From Octopus sinensis (Eukaryota), in the NCBI RefSeq assembly GCF_006345805.1, contig NC_043008.1, forward strand, positions 16,802,001-16,866,000: a stretch of DNA of 64,000 nt. Reading direction: 5' to 3'. How positions within the stretch are numbered: position 1 is the first letter of the stretch; the number at the start of each line of letters is the position of its first letter. Both the position numbers and the translations under genes were made by a program. The notes under the pieces are model-generated. The model was not told where the DNA came from, made no database searches, and saw nothing but the letters and a program-made list of their open reading frames with translations. Of the stretch, positions 24,206 to 38,411 are shown piece by piece.

Positions 24206-24989
24206 CCTTGTTTATATCACCCTCCCACCACAAGTAACACCTTTTTAGTTCTATACTTCAACGGACAAATAATAAATTCGTCTAAGCTATTTTCTTTTTC
24301 ATTTCATTAGGATTTCCAATACACATTTATTCTATTTTACATATTTTTATTAGCAGCACTTTATATTTTATATGAGGTTTCTTTCTTTCTTTCTAATTTT
24401 TTTTCTCGTTTTATGCTTCTTGCATTAATTTATGTGTGTATGTATGTGTGTGTGTATAAATATCTGTAATTCGTACATATTTAAGAAAAATATGTATAAA
24501 ACAATAAAAATTAAATAGCAACATTGCGAATATAAAACAGAAAGAGTCACCATATAATACTTTTATAAATTATTATATTTTTTTTTTTAGTTTGTTTGCG
24601 AACGATTTTTATTCGTTTTTTTTTCTGGTTTTGTTCGAATTTTTGTGAAGACAAGTTATTCACTGAAAATGGCGGCTCGCCTAATAGGAAAATTTGCATG
24701 CCATAAATTAGAAAAGGTTTTCTAATCAACTATTCGCAGATAAGATTTGCAAAAATTGCATGAAATATAAAAGAGGAAAGACAAGCGTCGAACAGAATTT
24801 ACAAATTCAATCCAACACACGTCGTTACATACGTACTAAGAGCATGGCCTTGTCACTGTAATACACCAATATATCAGCTCTCTCCTTAAATATAATGGTA
24901 CGCATGCTCCATGTTACAAATAAAATACATTTGTTTCAAACTCGAGCAATGGAATGTACAAATATAAATGTATGCGAAAACATATGTAG

Positions 24990-25325
24990 GTGCAGATATG
25001 ACTGCGGGGATAAAAAAATTGCTTTCCAATCACGTGGTTTAGTGTTCGTCTCCTACCGCACGGTACCTTGTGGAGCTTCTACCAGAGCTTCATCGTAAGT
25101 GAATTTGGCTGGCAGAAACTCTGTAGAATCCCATGGTATATATATATATTTCGATGTATCTATGTGTGCGAATGTGTGCGTGTATGTAGGTATATATGTA
25201 TAATTTTTGTGTAAGAGACCGATAGCCAGATTAAAAGAGAAACATATACTGCATTAATTTGCTGGGCTAATCCCTTCGAAGCAGTGCCACACCATTGGTG
25301 ATATCTAGTGATTAACACTAGTAAA
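24990..25325 (+). mobile_element. SINE group B, old diverged copy
   Basis: GCTTTCCAATCACGTGG...GTGAATTTGGCTGGCAGAAACT...AGAGACCGATAG...GCAGTGCCAC...GTAAAA. Confidence 0.6.
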
Positions 25326-25362
25326 ACTATTTCATTAATACAGAAAAAAAACACGCACACAC

Positions 25363-25397
<35 letters not shown>

Positions 25398-25432
25398 CAT
25401 ATGTGTGTGTGTGTATACACACACACACACAT

Positions 25433-25466
<34 letters not shown>

Positions 25467-25489
25467 TGATTTTTTTCTTTATGCGCACT

Positions 25490-25682
25490 TTTCAAGCCTA
25501 ACTAGGCTCATGGGCCCGCTTTCCCGGTTTCTGTGGCGTATGTGTTCCCCCCAGCTGGACGGGACACCAGTCCATCGCAGGGTTACTCAAGAACCAGGAA
25601 CAAAGAATGAGAGAAAGTTGGTGCGAAAAAGCGCAAGAAGGGTCGCCACTACCCACTGCCGGAGCCTCGTGGTGCTATAGGT

Positions 25683-25687
<5 letters not shown>
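25490..25687 (-). mobile_element. SINE group D body with V-SINE-like tail, head lost
   Basis: Shares its body with 21413 and its tail with 1815 and 15455. Confidence 0.85.
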
Positions 25688-25727
<40 letters not shown>

Positions 25728-26373
25728 TATATATACAGAGAGCGAGAGAGAGAGAGAGAGAGAGAGAGAGGCAGAGAGACGGAGACAGGGAGAGAAGGGA
25801 GTGAATTCAGAATGAAAATTCTTTTGATATCTGAAAGGTGTGGTAAAACTCTGATGTATGAAAATTCTGTCGAAACAAATCAATATTTATCAGTTCATCT
25901 AATTGAGCACTACGATATTTTTACAACTAAATCTGCTCACTTCGAACATAGCTTTCAAATACATAATTGTACAGTTTGCATTATTCATGTTTCAAGTATA
26001 GACGGATGGTTCAAATATTTGTTTTGCAGCTACGCGATATGTACTCGATTTCAATGCATGTCATCATAGACGATGCAATTTTTATATAGCTACGAGTCGA
26101 CCTAGATCCTGTGAATGCAATTGGATAGCCAGACAATATATAGAAGCTTGTCGAATAGTTCGTACCTCTCAGTGAAATGTACAGACCTGTCACACTTTCT
26201 CGTGGTGATTCTGTCAGTGAATAGCGCTAATGGTACACATTACTGGAATTTCCATAGACGTTAGTTCAGGAGCACGCAAAGCACGACTCCATATTCAGAA
26301 CGACTCCATATTCATCACCGAACGCCAGAGAAATACCACAATGCATATATATACGTACATAGAAACCTACATG

Positions 26374-26459
<86 letters not shown>

Positions 26460-29095
26460 TAGATATACATATTTATATGTGTTTATGAATATATATATAT
26501 ATAGAGAGAGAGATAGATATACATATTTATATGTGTTTATGAATATATATATATGTATATATGTGTGTTTGCGTATATAAATATATACATAGATAGGTGT
26601 ACGTGTGTGTGTGTGTCTGTGTATGTCTGTGTCTGTGTGTGTGTGTATGTGTTGATGTCAGCACTTATCTTTATCGAAAGCGTGTTTGACTTAATATTTA
26701 CATCCTATATTTGCATTCCATACGTATATGCACGTACCTATAGAGAAAGTGGAGTTACTAATACAGGAAATGATGAATACATCTTTTGTAAGAAAAACAA
26801 AACAAATTCTAAATCAAATTGTAGCATTCATCAAACATGGCTGAATCTTCCTCACGTTATAAACCAAAATGGCCGATCAAATATTCAAACATATTTACGC
26901 TTACGTCTTCCATAGTCTTACGACAAATTCTATCAGCAGGTTATTGTTATCAAACATTTTTTTTTGGTTCTGAATCCCTTCTTAAACCAAATTAATATAT
27001 TTCGCTTATTAGAGGCAAAACCCTGAACATTGTTTTAAAAGTGTTCCAGTAAAGCATTACATAGGCAACACGATAACGACAGACCTGAATAGAGAATACC
27101 GGTTGTAACGACGATGTGTTTGTAATAGGTGTACACTGATTATTACAGCCGATAACTGCATTTGTAACGCTGAAAGTGGAGGTAGCATCGGCGGCGGTGA
27201 CGATAATCTTGGTAATGGTGGTGGTAGTGCTTGTGAAATAGCATTTTGTTGATGAGTTGAGGCGAGACTGGTTTTGAATATTCGGTTACTGTCGGTACAT
27301 ATATTGTTGTATATGAGTACGTAATGTTCCATACATACATAAACACATGCATACATACATTCACACATACATACATATATGTGCGTGTGTGTGTGTTAGT
27401 AGATATGTATATACACTGTGTGTGTATTCATGTGTGGGTGCTTATATGTACGTATTATATAATCGATAATTTTGTGTTTTATTTTCATGAAATTTTGCAG
27501 TCTTTTGTCATATTTACATTCAGTGCAGTCTTATCCTGGAAATAATCAAATTTAATTATATCAGAATTAATGCCAATATATACTTAAAATGAAAATCAAT
27601 ACTGAATTCATACACGTCTTTTCAATATTTTTGACTGTGTGGTGAATGATATATGGCGTTATTCAATAAAAGCCTCAATTTGTTCGATTTTTTTCATTTG
27701 AAATCGTTTCATTTATTCCATCACAACATTGAAATGGTAGCAAGTATGCAAGTACGTATCCCCGTCGGTTTTTACATATTATTTTCTAAAGAAGGAAAAA
27801 GTCTTCCTCTAATATATTTGTTTACCTACGCGTAGTTTCCTCATATATTTTCACATTCAGTCACTAAATTCATATACCTGCAGCGTGGCTCATTAGATAT
27901 TCAAATACGTATTAATGCTATCAATTACGGAGTTGCTATGGTCATATATATTACATATTTGTTATGTTCACATAAATTAAATTATATTTGACCATAGTCA
28001 TACATATAGTTGCATAAATTACTATTCGATTCGATATTTTCGCTTCGTGTAGAAGCATTTACGTCGGTAAAATCAATGAGTTTCATTATATACTTCATAT
28101 TAATTTTTGACATATTTTTCGCTATTTTAAACTTTTATCTGTAGAGCGAGACTGAGGTCTTATATTTAGTGCTGATAAAATCCTTTCAAAAGTTCCCAAT
28201 AGCATTTGTCCAAGAATCTGAATCACAGAATATCTTTAACTCGTCTCTAAGCCACAGCAATCAATATTTTCTATAGCCAGAAACGTTGTTTACGAGAATG
28301 AGGAATGAATTATTCCATGATTTATATAAAGTACAACTTTCAACCATATCGAGATATGATTGTCAAAAATATAAAGTAAATTATACTTCGATGTAATTAA
28401 AAATTGAAAGAAAAACTACATAGTAATCTCTACGTGGATATGTTAGCACCGAAATAATTATCAACATGTCGGCTTCAAATTTTGTATCGGATTACACAGA
28501 GTTTAACAGAATTAATGAGTCGGTCTGGTCTAACGTATTCGATGTTGTATTTAACTTATGTTGCTAATATTTATAACAAAGCGTAAATATCATAGACACA
28601 CAACATTCCTTTTAAAACTTAACCTACCTTATGGCGACGAATTATGTAAAAATTTAGTTTACGTCCACACTAGTAGCAAAATAGGTATAACAAAAAAAAA
28701 AAGAGAAAGACGGAGAGAACTTTAGTTGATAGTAATAGAACAGATCGATAGCTCTTAGAACTAAACATTAGATTGACGCAGTATGCTTTCAAATAAAATA
28801 GTATTTTTGAATAAATCAAACCAGCGTTTCACTGTGTTTCAAGCCGAAGCAATAAACGACGAGATAGCATGAAACAGTGACTATTTCCAATGCCGCATAT
28901 ATAAACTAATTGTGTCCCCTTTTGTTGGTCAGAAGACATTGATTTTATTTTAACCTCTAGTTCACTTCCTAGCTATAGGAAATCCTGCAGACATTAGAGG
29001 CAATAAAGAGTGAATTATTATTGTTATATGTGTCTGAATGAACCTGGACTTACAGTATCATACAGTCACGCAGAGACATACATAGAAAAATGCAT

Positions 29096-29149
<54 letters not shown>

Positions 29150-30014
29150 ATATATATGACAGTATGTATATATATGACAATATGTGTATATGTGTGTGTA
29201 TGTATGTGTGCGCGTTTGTCTGAATGCGTATATATACATTTATAGATACCTACATATGTATGTATGCTTATGTAAACGAGACTATATACAGAACTGTATA
29301 CATGTGTCATTGTCTCCCATACTGTCCCCCACATTCTATCACCCCCCATATATATTTTATATATATATATTATATATATACACATATATATATAAATATA
29401 CACATACATCTATGCATATATATATATATATATATATGCATATATATGTATGTATGTATGAATATTCTGTCCTGTACATATTTACACCTGTATGTAGACA
29501 TGTCGTGTGAATATGTGCTTATATATGTGTATACCCGAACGTATGCATAGCTGTATAGTGTTATTGTACTTAATGATAACATTCTGTTTTAGGTCACTAA
29601 TTACTAGAAATTCGAGGTTTGAATGAATATGTCCTATCCAAATTTATGATTAAAAATATCATCAAATAATATATAATCTTTGGTTTTATCCCAGCCACAA
29701 AGAAGTGAGTTTCTCTATTGTTACATCAAAGAAGTTATTGAAATTTCAAGAATTCCAATATTTCAGTCAAGATTTTAAAAATCGATTGCGAATCTGTTTA
29801 TTAGTTGATGTGGTTGTAAATACTAATATAAAAATATAATGCTAAACCGACTTGGTAGTCAGTGAATATATTGTACTATTCTTCTTATTCCCGATGCAGT
29901 GGAGTGTTAGCAAGAGTACAGAAGCAGACAAAACGTGAAAATATTAAATTACTTTTTTCATTCTTGCTTTCATTGAACGATTGTCGTAGGGCCTGAAGTT
30001 TTTTTATAGAGAAG

Positions 30015-30139
30015 GGCTATTGACGCAATCGACTAACCAGTGCTAGATTGGTACTGTATTTTATCGACCGCGAAAGAATGAAAAGCATAGTGAAATGGAA
30101 GGCTAACGATTGTGCTAACGATTCTGCTAGCTCATCGCC
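30015..30139 (-). mobile_element. SINE group A, old and internally deleted
   Basis: TTTATCGACCGCGAAAGAATGAAAAGCA and GCTAACGATTCTGCTAGCTCATCGCC. Confidence 0.7.
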
Positions 30140-32944
30140 TTCCTTTCTTTCACATATTTGAAATAAAACCCCACTGGTTTTGGCCTCGATTTACATAATT
30201 CTAGTATTGCGAAACAGTGTTCTGGTACTTAAATATGAAAACGAACCCATGACCTGCATGGATTTTGTGGTCATTTTCAGCCACCAATAATTCATAGATT
30301 ATAAATCAATTTTAACATTTAATTATTCTGGTATAGGTATGGAAAATAAAAATATCAGTAAGTAATATGTTGCGATAGATTTAATGGAGCCATTAATTAA
30401 TCGATTACTTTATTGAAGTTAGAAAATTAGTTATTTCTCACTTGTGTATGTATTTATGTGTCAGTAATAGCATTCATACTCTACTTTAAAAATGTGGTAA
30501 AAAAAAAAAGTGGCAGTTTCCTCACGATCGTTCTGTGGGTTAGTGGCCACTCCTCGGAGAAAAAATGTAGGCGGTGGGGTACGTATGTGCTGTGTGAACG
30601 CATTTTGGTATCTATGTGTCATCATATAAAACAATATTGACATTCAGAGTTTTATCAATGCATTCGAAAACTGACCAATGCAAATGTCTCAATATGTAAA
30701 TTGACTCCATGTGGAATAAGGGATGTGTAGGTCACTGTTCAAATCATTTAATGCATCCCCTACCTTCACAAGGACCTGGAATAATCGACATAATAAATAT
30801 AGTGTTTAACATTCCAATTCGCTGTTCTAACGCTCTTATCACTCCGATACTCTTAGGTTATATTAAATAAGTGTTAATGGTGTCGATAAGAAAAAAGAAC
30901 ACAGTGCGTAGTCAAGTTGAGAATGACATTTAGGCACTTTCCAGTGAAGTTTATTGATGTATGTGTAGGGGGATTAACAAATCATCTAAAGGAATCAACA
31001 TAAATTATTCACCAAGTACAAACTATGATAATATCATTTATTTCTAATACAAGCATTGTCTAAGTACTCACGCACTAAAATCTAGAAAGGGAGCTGGGCG
31101 GGGGGCGGGTGGGGGGGAAACAGTGAACGTGATAGTTACTTATGCTAATCCAAATGGCAAAAGTAACATGAATAAAAATATATACAATACGACTCCCTTG
31201 TTGCTTCTTGTCTGAGGTTATTCTCCATTCTACATAGAAAGTATTGTTTTCTTTTCTATTGTACAGCTAAAGTGAAATTTTTATTCCCCAGAAATCTAAT
31301 GTAAAGTTGGTTCTTTTTACCGTTTCAACTAAGAACACCTATTTATGATAATGGTTATTGCGTGAGCACATAACTTGGGCAGACTATTCATAATATCGAT
31401 TTTCTTAATATTGAAGAGCCTCATATTTTGAAAAGCGAAATAAAATTTGAAAAATGAGAATTTTCGAACTTCTTTATATTTTTTTTTTTTAAAGAAGGAG
31501 CGGAATGTTTCTACATTGCAGGATTAAGGTAATATTAAATGAGATACGATGTAAACTGTTCTTCCTTAAATCAAAAACTGAATCACATGTCACAGAATAC
31601 ATTCTGGATATTAAATATCAATTGTCAGAGCGCGGTTATGTATGTCGTTGCGGTCTTTATGCCTTTCTAACAACTTTAGCAATTTAATCTTGTTACATCG
31701 TTGAAGTACTTAATTTTCAGTAACTTCAGCTTATTCTACGGTATCACAGATTCTTCTAGACGTATTATTATACCATTCAATTTAAAATGCGCCATTGGAA
31801 GCTTCAATTAAAATGAATTGAAATTTTATGTTGCTTTTGTTTTTCATCAAATACATTACGAGACTATTAAGATCTTTTTAAATGCGGTATCAGTTACCAT
31901 CGAATAAAGTATTAAAGCTTCGTTTTTCCACATTCCATTTTGTCTCCAAATGATTATTTCTGAAATAACTACTAGTTTCAAATAGCGATAACAAGTAATC
32001 TAATTTTATAAATAACGTCGTAGTATATTCTACAATATTTATCACCTTCAACTAAAAGCTTTCGTCTGGTATAGGGATTTATAGAGAATTTGTGCGATAT
32101 CTGAAGTGAAGAAAATTGTGATTATTAAATGTACAATATATCATGTACTTAACGCAATACCAATTACTTCTCTAGAGACTAATAGTTTTTCTAATGAATA
32201 GTTAACGCTGGTTTGGATACTCTTTTTTTGATTTACAGTATATAAATGAATTTCAATAAATTATATTGATGTTCCGCTCACGTTAGTGTAAGCGAATGTA
32301 TACGCTAATGATCTTAGATACATATACTTAGGAATCTCTTTGCAACTAAATAACTATAAAAAAATATATCGCTGAACATCATTGTCACTAATGAACTTTA
32401 AATTATTTCTGCTTACTTTGATGTTTTTGCCAGCTAAATGTAGAGTGAAAAGATAGTATTAATTGGAAGGGGGATAAACACGAATTTAGATAACATATTA
32501 TTTTCCACTCACACCGTCCATTGTTCTTTTTTATTTCTTTTTTATTTCTTTTTTTTTTGGCGTGTCTTTACGAATATAACAAGATAGCGAGACTTCTTAA
32601 TCATATAGATTCTAGAATGATTTCTGATATATATATCCATAGACCCCTAAAAGCCGAAACCGTAAACCAAGTCCTGTAGTAAAATACAATTGAGAATTTA
32701 CGGAATAAGGACAATTTCTGTTGCACTTATAGCAGAAACGACGGGTGCAGGTTAAATTGAATTTTGTGAAGTACGATATGAACAACCAACGACTAGAAAA
32801 ATCGAGATCTTTGTAATGTGTAGAAAAAAAAACAACTACATTATTGTACTATTCTTCTTTCGGTGTATATTCCAATGCTTCAAACCCATCTCAACATAAT
32901 TTAATGAAGGAGGGTTTATCTCCCCTATGATAGTAGACCACAGG

Positions 32945-33200
32945 GTGTACAGTCAACTCGTACTTGCAGCGGTATTCAATAGGGATGTTTTCAGTTGGCT
33001 CTGACTAATGAGTTCCCCACGTGCCCCACGAACGAATACTGACCTCATCTGACGGTCGTCCGCAGGCGTGGCTGTCAAACTACCTAATGATTCAGCAGGT
33101 TAAGCAATGCTTCTGCGTGCGGCTCCAAACAATAAAACACTGGCAGAGCAAGCGTGTGGGATAGCCCGCTTTCAACAGAAACTACGGCTCAAGGGACACA
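32945..33200. mobile_element. Unclassified GC-richer repeat related to 47880-48075
   Basis: Shares GTACTTGCAGCGG...GGGATG and CAAAC...AATGATTCA blocks with the reverse complement of 47880-48075. Confidence 0.4.
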
Positions 33201-33354
33201 CAACGTATTTTATCTATCTTAGAAAGATCTAACATAATATTCATCTCATTTATTTAGAAATATACAAGATAAAATGCAAAATACTCCTGAGCTTTTTTAC
33301 GTCAACAAATATAAAGGAGAACTTTTTAAAATGTTGTTCCATCTAGACACTGAT

Positions 33355-33776
33355 ATTGGTTTCAAACGTCAAGCCAACAATTTCAGAATATGGGGTAAGT
33401 CAATTATATCAACCCCTAGAGTTCAGCTGGTACTTATTTTCTCGACCCCGAGGGACGAAAGACACAGTAGACCTCAGTCGAATTTGAACTGAGAACCTAA
33501 ATACGAGTGAAATGCCGCTAAACAATTTGCCTGGTATGCTAACGTTTCTTATTTCTTTACTGTCCACAAGGAGCTACACAGAGGAGAAAAACAGAACAGG
33601 CAAACGGATTAAGTCGATTATATCCACACCAGTGAGTAACTGGTACTTATGTAATCGACCCCGAAACGATGAAAGGCAAAGTCGACCTCGGCGGAATTTG
33701 AACTCAGAACGTAGCGACAGATGAAATGCCACTAAACACTTTACTTGGTGTGCTAACGTTTCTGCCACTTCCACGA
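33355..33776 (-). mobile_element. SINE group A stacked pair: young 33548-33776 and older headless 33355-33547
   Basis: The young tail ...GTAAAGAAATAAG runs directly into AAACGTTAGCA of the older copy. Confidence 0.85.
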
Positions 33777-34050
33777 CTTCATCTTAACATTACATGTAAA
33801 ACATCGCCTACAGGCTCGGTTACATGTAACTTGCATTAGAGATCCATTTATTGGTTTCTCCTCTTAGCTTTTGCTTGAAGCGATAATTCTATACTAAGTG
33901 CAAGATAACAATTACACTATATATTTCCTTTTTCGTTGGCTATACTAGAATTTCGAACATTATGGCATTACTTAACCCATGCAATATATCCAGACATTCC
34001 AATTCAGTAATAATTCTTCCTATTTTTCTTAATATTATGAAATAACTAAA

Positions 34051-34360
34051 GGTGGCGAGCTAGCAAAATCGTTAGCACGCCGGGCAAAAAGCTTACCGGC
34101 ATGTCGGCTGTCTCTACATTCGGAGTACAAATTCTACCAAGGTCGACTTTGCCTTTCATTCTTTCGAGGTTGATAAAATAAGTACCAGTCAGGTACTGGG
34201 GTCAATGTAATCGATTTACCTCCACCACAAACTTGCTAGCCTTGGGCCAAAATTTGAAACCAATATTATGAATGAAATGTAAGGCGGTGAGCTTGGAAAA
34301 TCGGTAGAACGCCGGGCAAAATGCTCAGCGGCATTTTGTCCATCTTTACATTCTGAGTTG
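34051..34360 (+). mobile_element. SINE group A pair: 34051-34261 and 5' fragment 34283-34360
   Basis: Two heads GG(T/C)GG(C/T)GAGCT, each preceded by AATATTATGAA (34031 and 34262). Confidence 0.85.
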
Positions 34361-34446
34361 ATTATATCGATACAAATATCTGGTATGTAATTTTATCGGT
34401 CCGGAAATATTTGTGTGATGTGGGTGGGTGGGTTTTTTTGGGGGGG

Positions 34447-34610
34447 TGACAGGCTTCCATACAGCTTCCATATACTAAATTCCCTCATACGTCATTGATC
34501 GTCCCGGCGTTATAGATGATAACTCATGGACTGTTGCCGCGCAGTTGAATTGAACACGGAACCACATACAGCAAAGAGAGATTCTCAACCACGAAACCAA
34601 ACATGTGCCT
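34447..34610 (-). mobile_element. SINE group B, 5' part, old
   Basis: TGACAGGCTTCCATACAGCTTCC...GCCGCGCAGTTGAATTGAAC...AACCACGAAACC. Confidence 0.6.
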
Positions 34611-35453
34611 ATTTATGAGCGATAATTGATTACAATAAAATGTGATTAAACAAAATAAATCAGCTTAAACATACGTTTTACATTCATACGCTGATGCAAT
34701 ATTTATATTCATAGGCCCCTATTCACGTGCAATCGCTCAGATTAAGGTATTTTGTTTAGCATGAATGCAAAGTAAAGATCTTAGAAACAATATACAATAT
34801 CGATGGAGAAGATTTTCATACGATGTGTTTCATGTTTTTGTTCATGGCCGCCAAAGAGAATATTTCATGTCAGTAAACTCACAAGCCCATTAGTTAAAAC
34901 AAAATACCACATTTTCTGTATATTGATTCTAGAAAAATTGAAAAGCTAAACAGAAAAACATTTATTTTTTTGATATTTCTAACTTCTTTTTCTCAAAACA
35001 CAGTTTCTCCCTAAATTCCATAAATCATTTGTAGCCAAAAAGATGCTAATGAAAATAGACTTAATGATACCGGAAAACAACATGATCGATTTTCAGTTAT
35101 ATTTTATTGACGTTTATACAAAATCTAATTAGATTACAAAGAAATCAGGTTTTGTTTACTTTGTAAAATTGTGAATATAATTTAGGAAAAGAATAGGACT
35201 TTGAAAGCCAATCAAATTCAGTGAATCGTTTATAAAGATTCCCTTGACAGCCAAAGTAATGCGTATGGTATTCACTGTTGCGGTGTTTTCCTGGAGAAGA
35301 ATTGAGCGAAATCTTTATTGATACAGCCAGCTATTTTTCTATACATGATATTATACTCTCTTGCATATGTTGCAATCGTTATAATTCTTCATTGAAATTT
35401 TTAAAGACAAAAAGACAAATATGATATGCACAGACATGTGGCTTTGGTGCTGT

Positions 35454-35454
<1 letters not shown>

Positions 35455-35486
<32 letters not shown>

Positions 35487-35588
35487 AGGTAGTTGGTGGA
35501 GGAGACGAGGAGGACGTCGATGACGAGGAGGTGGGGAAAGATGAGATGAAAAAGGAGAAAAGAAAGGCTCAAAGACATAATGCTGAGT

Positions 35589-35628
<40 letters not shown>

Positions 35629-36142
35629 CGACGGTACAGGTGGAAGTCAGGTGTGTAAGTATGCGTATATGGTGGTGGTGCTGGAGGGGATGATGATGAT
35701 GATGATGATGTTGATGATGTTGATGATGTTGATGATGATGATGACGACGACGACGAGGACGACGATGATGATGATGATGACGGTACAGGTGGAGGCCTTG
35801 TGTGTGTGTGTAAGTAAGTGTATATAGTGCTGGTGCTGGAGGGGATGATGATGGTGACGACGACGATGATGATGATAATGATGATGGCGACGTCGACAAA
35901 GATGTTTGTGATGACGATGATGATGACAATGCCGGAGACAGTGGAGACGGTGATTATGATGATGACGGTGTTAGTGGTGATGGTGATGACGATCATAGTA
36001 ATAATGATGATTACGATGAGGATTATTATTATCGATGATGCCGTCCTCCTCCTGCTCCTGCTCCTCCTCATCATCATCATAAAGAAACAGAAAACAACAA
36101 AAACAAATATAGCAGCAGAAGCAGCAGCAGCAGCAGCAGTAG
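35455..36142. repeat. (GTA)n/(GAT)n/(GCA)n low-complexity region with an internal ~75-bp duplication
   Basis: GACGGTACAGGTGGA...GTGTGTAAGTA...GTATAT...GGTGCTGGAGGGGATG occurs at about 35630 and 35779. Confidence 0.9.
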
Positions 36143-36537
36143 CAGCTATATTAACAAGAGTCCAAACCAATATCTGCAGCAGTAACGTTAGCAGCTGATA
36201 AAAATCGATAGCCGCTTCACAATATTGTTTAAAATTCTCTTAGTTCTGATAAAATACGACGACAATTTTTGGTTGCTCTTATTGCTTGGTTCTTCGCTGG
36301 AATGAAATACGTTTTACATTTCACTTAACAGTTTACATTTCACTTAACATTTTCGAGCAATAATTTAAATGTTAAGCTAAAAATCCTTCACATTTCTGAA
36401 AATGTAAGTACTGTCCTCTTGAGGAGAGATATAACTTGCCATACGAATCTATCTTGAGTGTGTTATATATATATATATATATATGTATGTATATATGTAT
36501 ATAAATGGATATATATGTGTGTGTAGGTGTCTGTATT

Positions 36538-36583
<46 letters not shown>

Positions 36584-36676
36584 ATATATATTATGTATAT
36601 ATATATGTATATAAACGGATATATATGTGTGTAGGTGTCTGTATTTGTATATATATATATAATATATATATATTAT

Positions 36677-36711
<35 letters not shown>

Positions 36712-36808
36712 AATATCTATATACATATATACATACATATAGATATACATATGTATCCATGCATACATATATATATATATATATATACATATATACACAG
36801 TCATGCGT

Positions 36809-36842
<34 letters not shown>

Positions 36843-37200
36843 CATATACATATGTATATATATATATGTATATATGTATACATATACACATATATACATA
36901 CATATACACTATCACACACAAACGTGTGATCACAGTGGTCGTGATCATTGGTTCTGTAGCATTGGTTCACTAGCATTCGATTGGATTTCAAAATAATCTG
37001 AGAGAACATGAATAGATTGAATATTTATGCAATCAATTAATATTATTCCATTCTGCCGTTTCAGAATTGGAACGATTTTGAAAGGACAACAGGGACTTCA
37101 CCACTGCAATCTTGGAATTAACCTAAGTTACATATAGCACGAGTTAAAGATAAGCACACACATACACATATACATACATATACATATATATATATATAGT

Positions 37201-37257
<57 letters not shown>

Positions 37258-37369
37258 TATGTATGTATACACACACATACACATACATACACACACAACA
37301 CACATTTACATATATACATATTTTATATGTATATATATATATATATTATATATATATATATATATATGC

Positions 37370-37414
<45 letters not shown>

Positions 37415-37979
37415 GCATGCCTAGAGAAGAATAGTAAATCATCAAAAAGCAATGTATTAAGGATGAAAATGACGAACATTGTGATAATCTGCTTTGCAAA
37501 TGTTAACTTACAGAGGATATTATATATCTAATCCCATTATATTTTATATTAGGCCAGATGTAGAAAACACTTCTGGAATAGGATCATTGCATACTTTCCA
37601 AGGTCATAATGAAAACAAATTTTTGCGAAAATAACTAAACTGTTAATTGAAAGCAAAGTATATGTTTGGCTTCTTTTAGTTAATCATATATCTAATGATG
37701 CTTTTACAAGATATAGGTGTATGTGTGTGTGTGTGTGCTTGCATGTATGATATATGGGGTGTTGGGGTCAATATAAGTTTATTTTTCCATATGACTTTCT
37801 GATGTTTACAACCGTTTCGTAACCTACTGCGTTAGCGTTATTTTTTGTCGTATGCAAAATTGTGCTTACTTTCAATATGTATGTTCACGATTATACATTG
37901 AAATGTACACGCCCTTACATTCATGTGCATATGTTTATTTATATATAGAGAGAGGCATACACCTATATGTATATGTATA

Positions 37980-38411
37980 GGCGGAGAAGTGTGGTAATAA
38001 GCTTGCTTTCAAACCATATGATAATGGGTTCAGTCACAATGCATGGCATCTTGGACAGTCGTCTTCTACTATCGTACTATAGTCTTGTGAGTGCATTTGG
38101 CAGATGGTAGCAGAAAGAAGCCCGTCATATATATTTATATATATATATACATATATATGTATGTATGTATGTATATATATATATGAAAGTATATTTATGT
38201 ATGTTTCTTTGCGTCTGTATTTGTCGCACCACCACCGCTTGACAACCGATGTTGATGTGTTTATGTCCCGGTAACTAGCGGTTCGGTAAAAGAGACAGGT
38301 AGAATAAGTGATAGTCTTACAGAGAATATGTCCACAGAAGATATATTTTAAGGCGTCGCTCCAGCATGACCGCAGTCAAATGAAACGTCTTAAAGATTAA
38401 AAAATAAGAGA
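37980..38411 (+). mobile_element. SINE group B, diverged full length
   Basis: Colinear with 62711. Confidence 0.85.
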
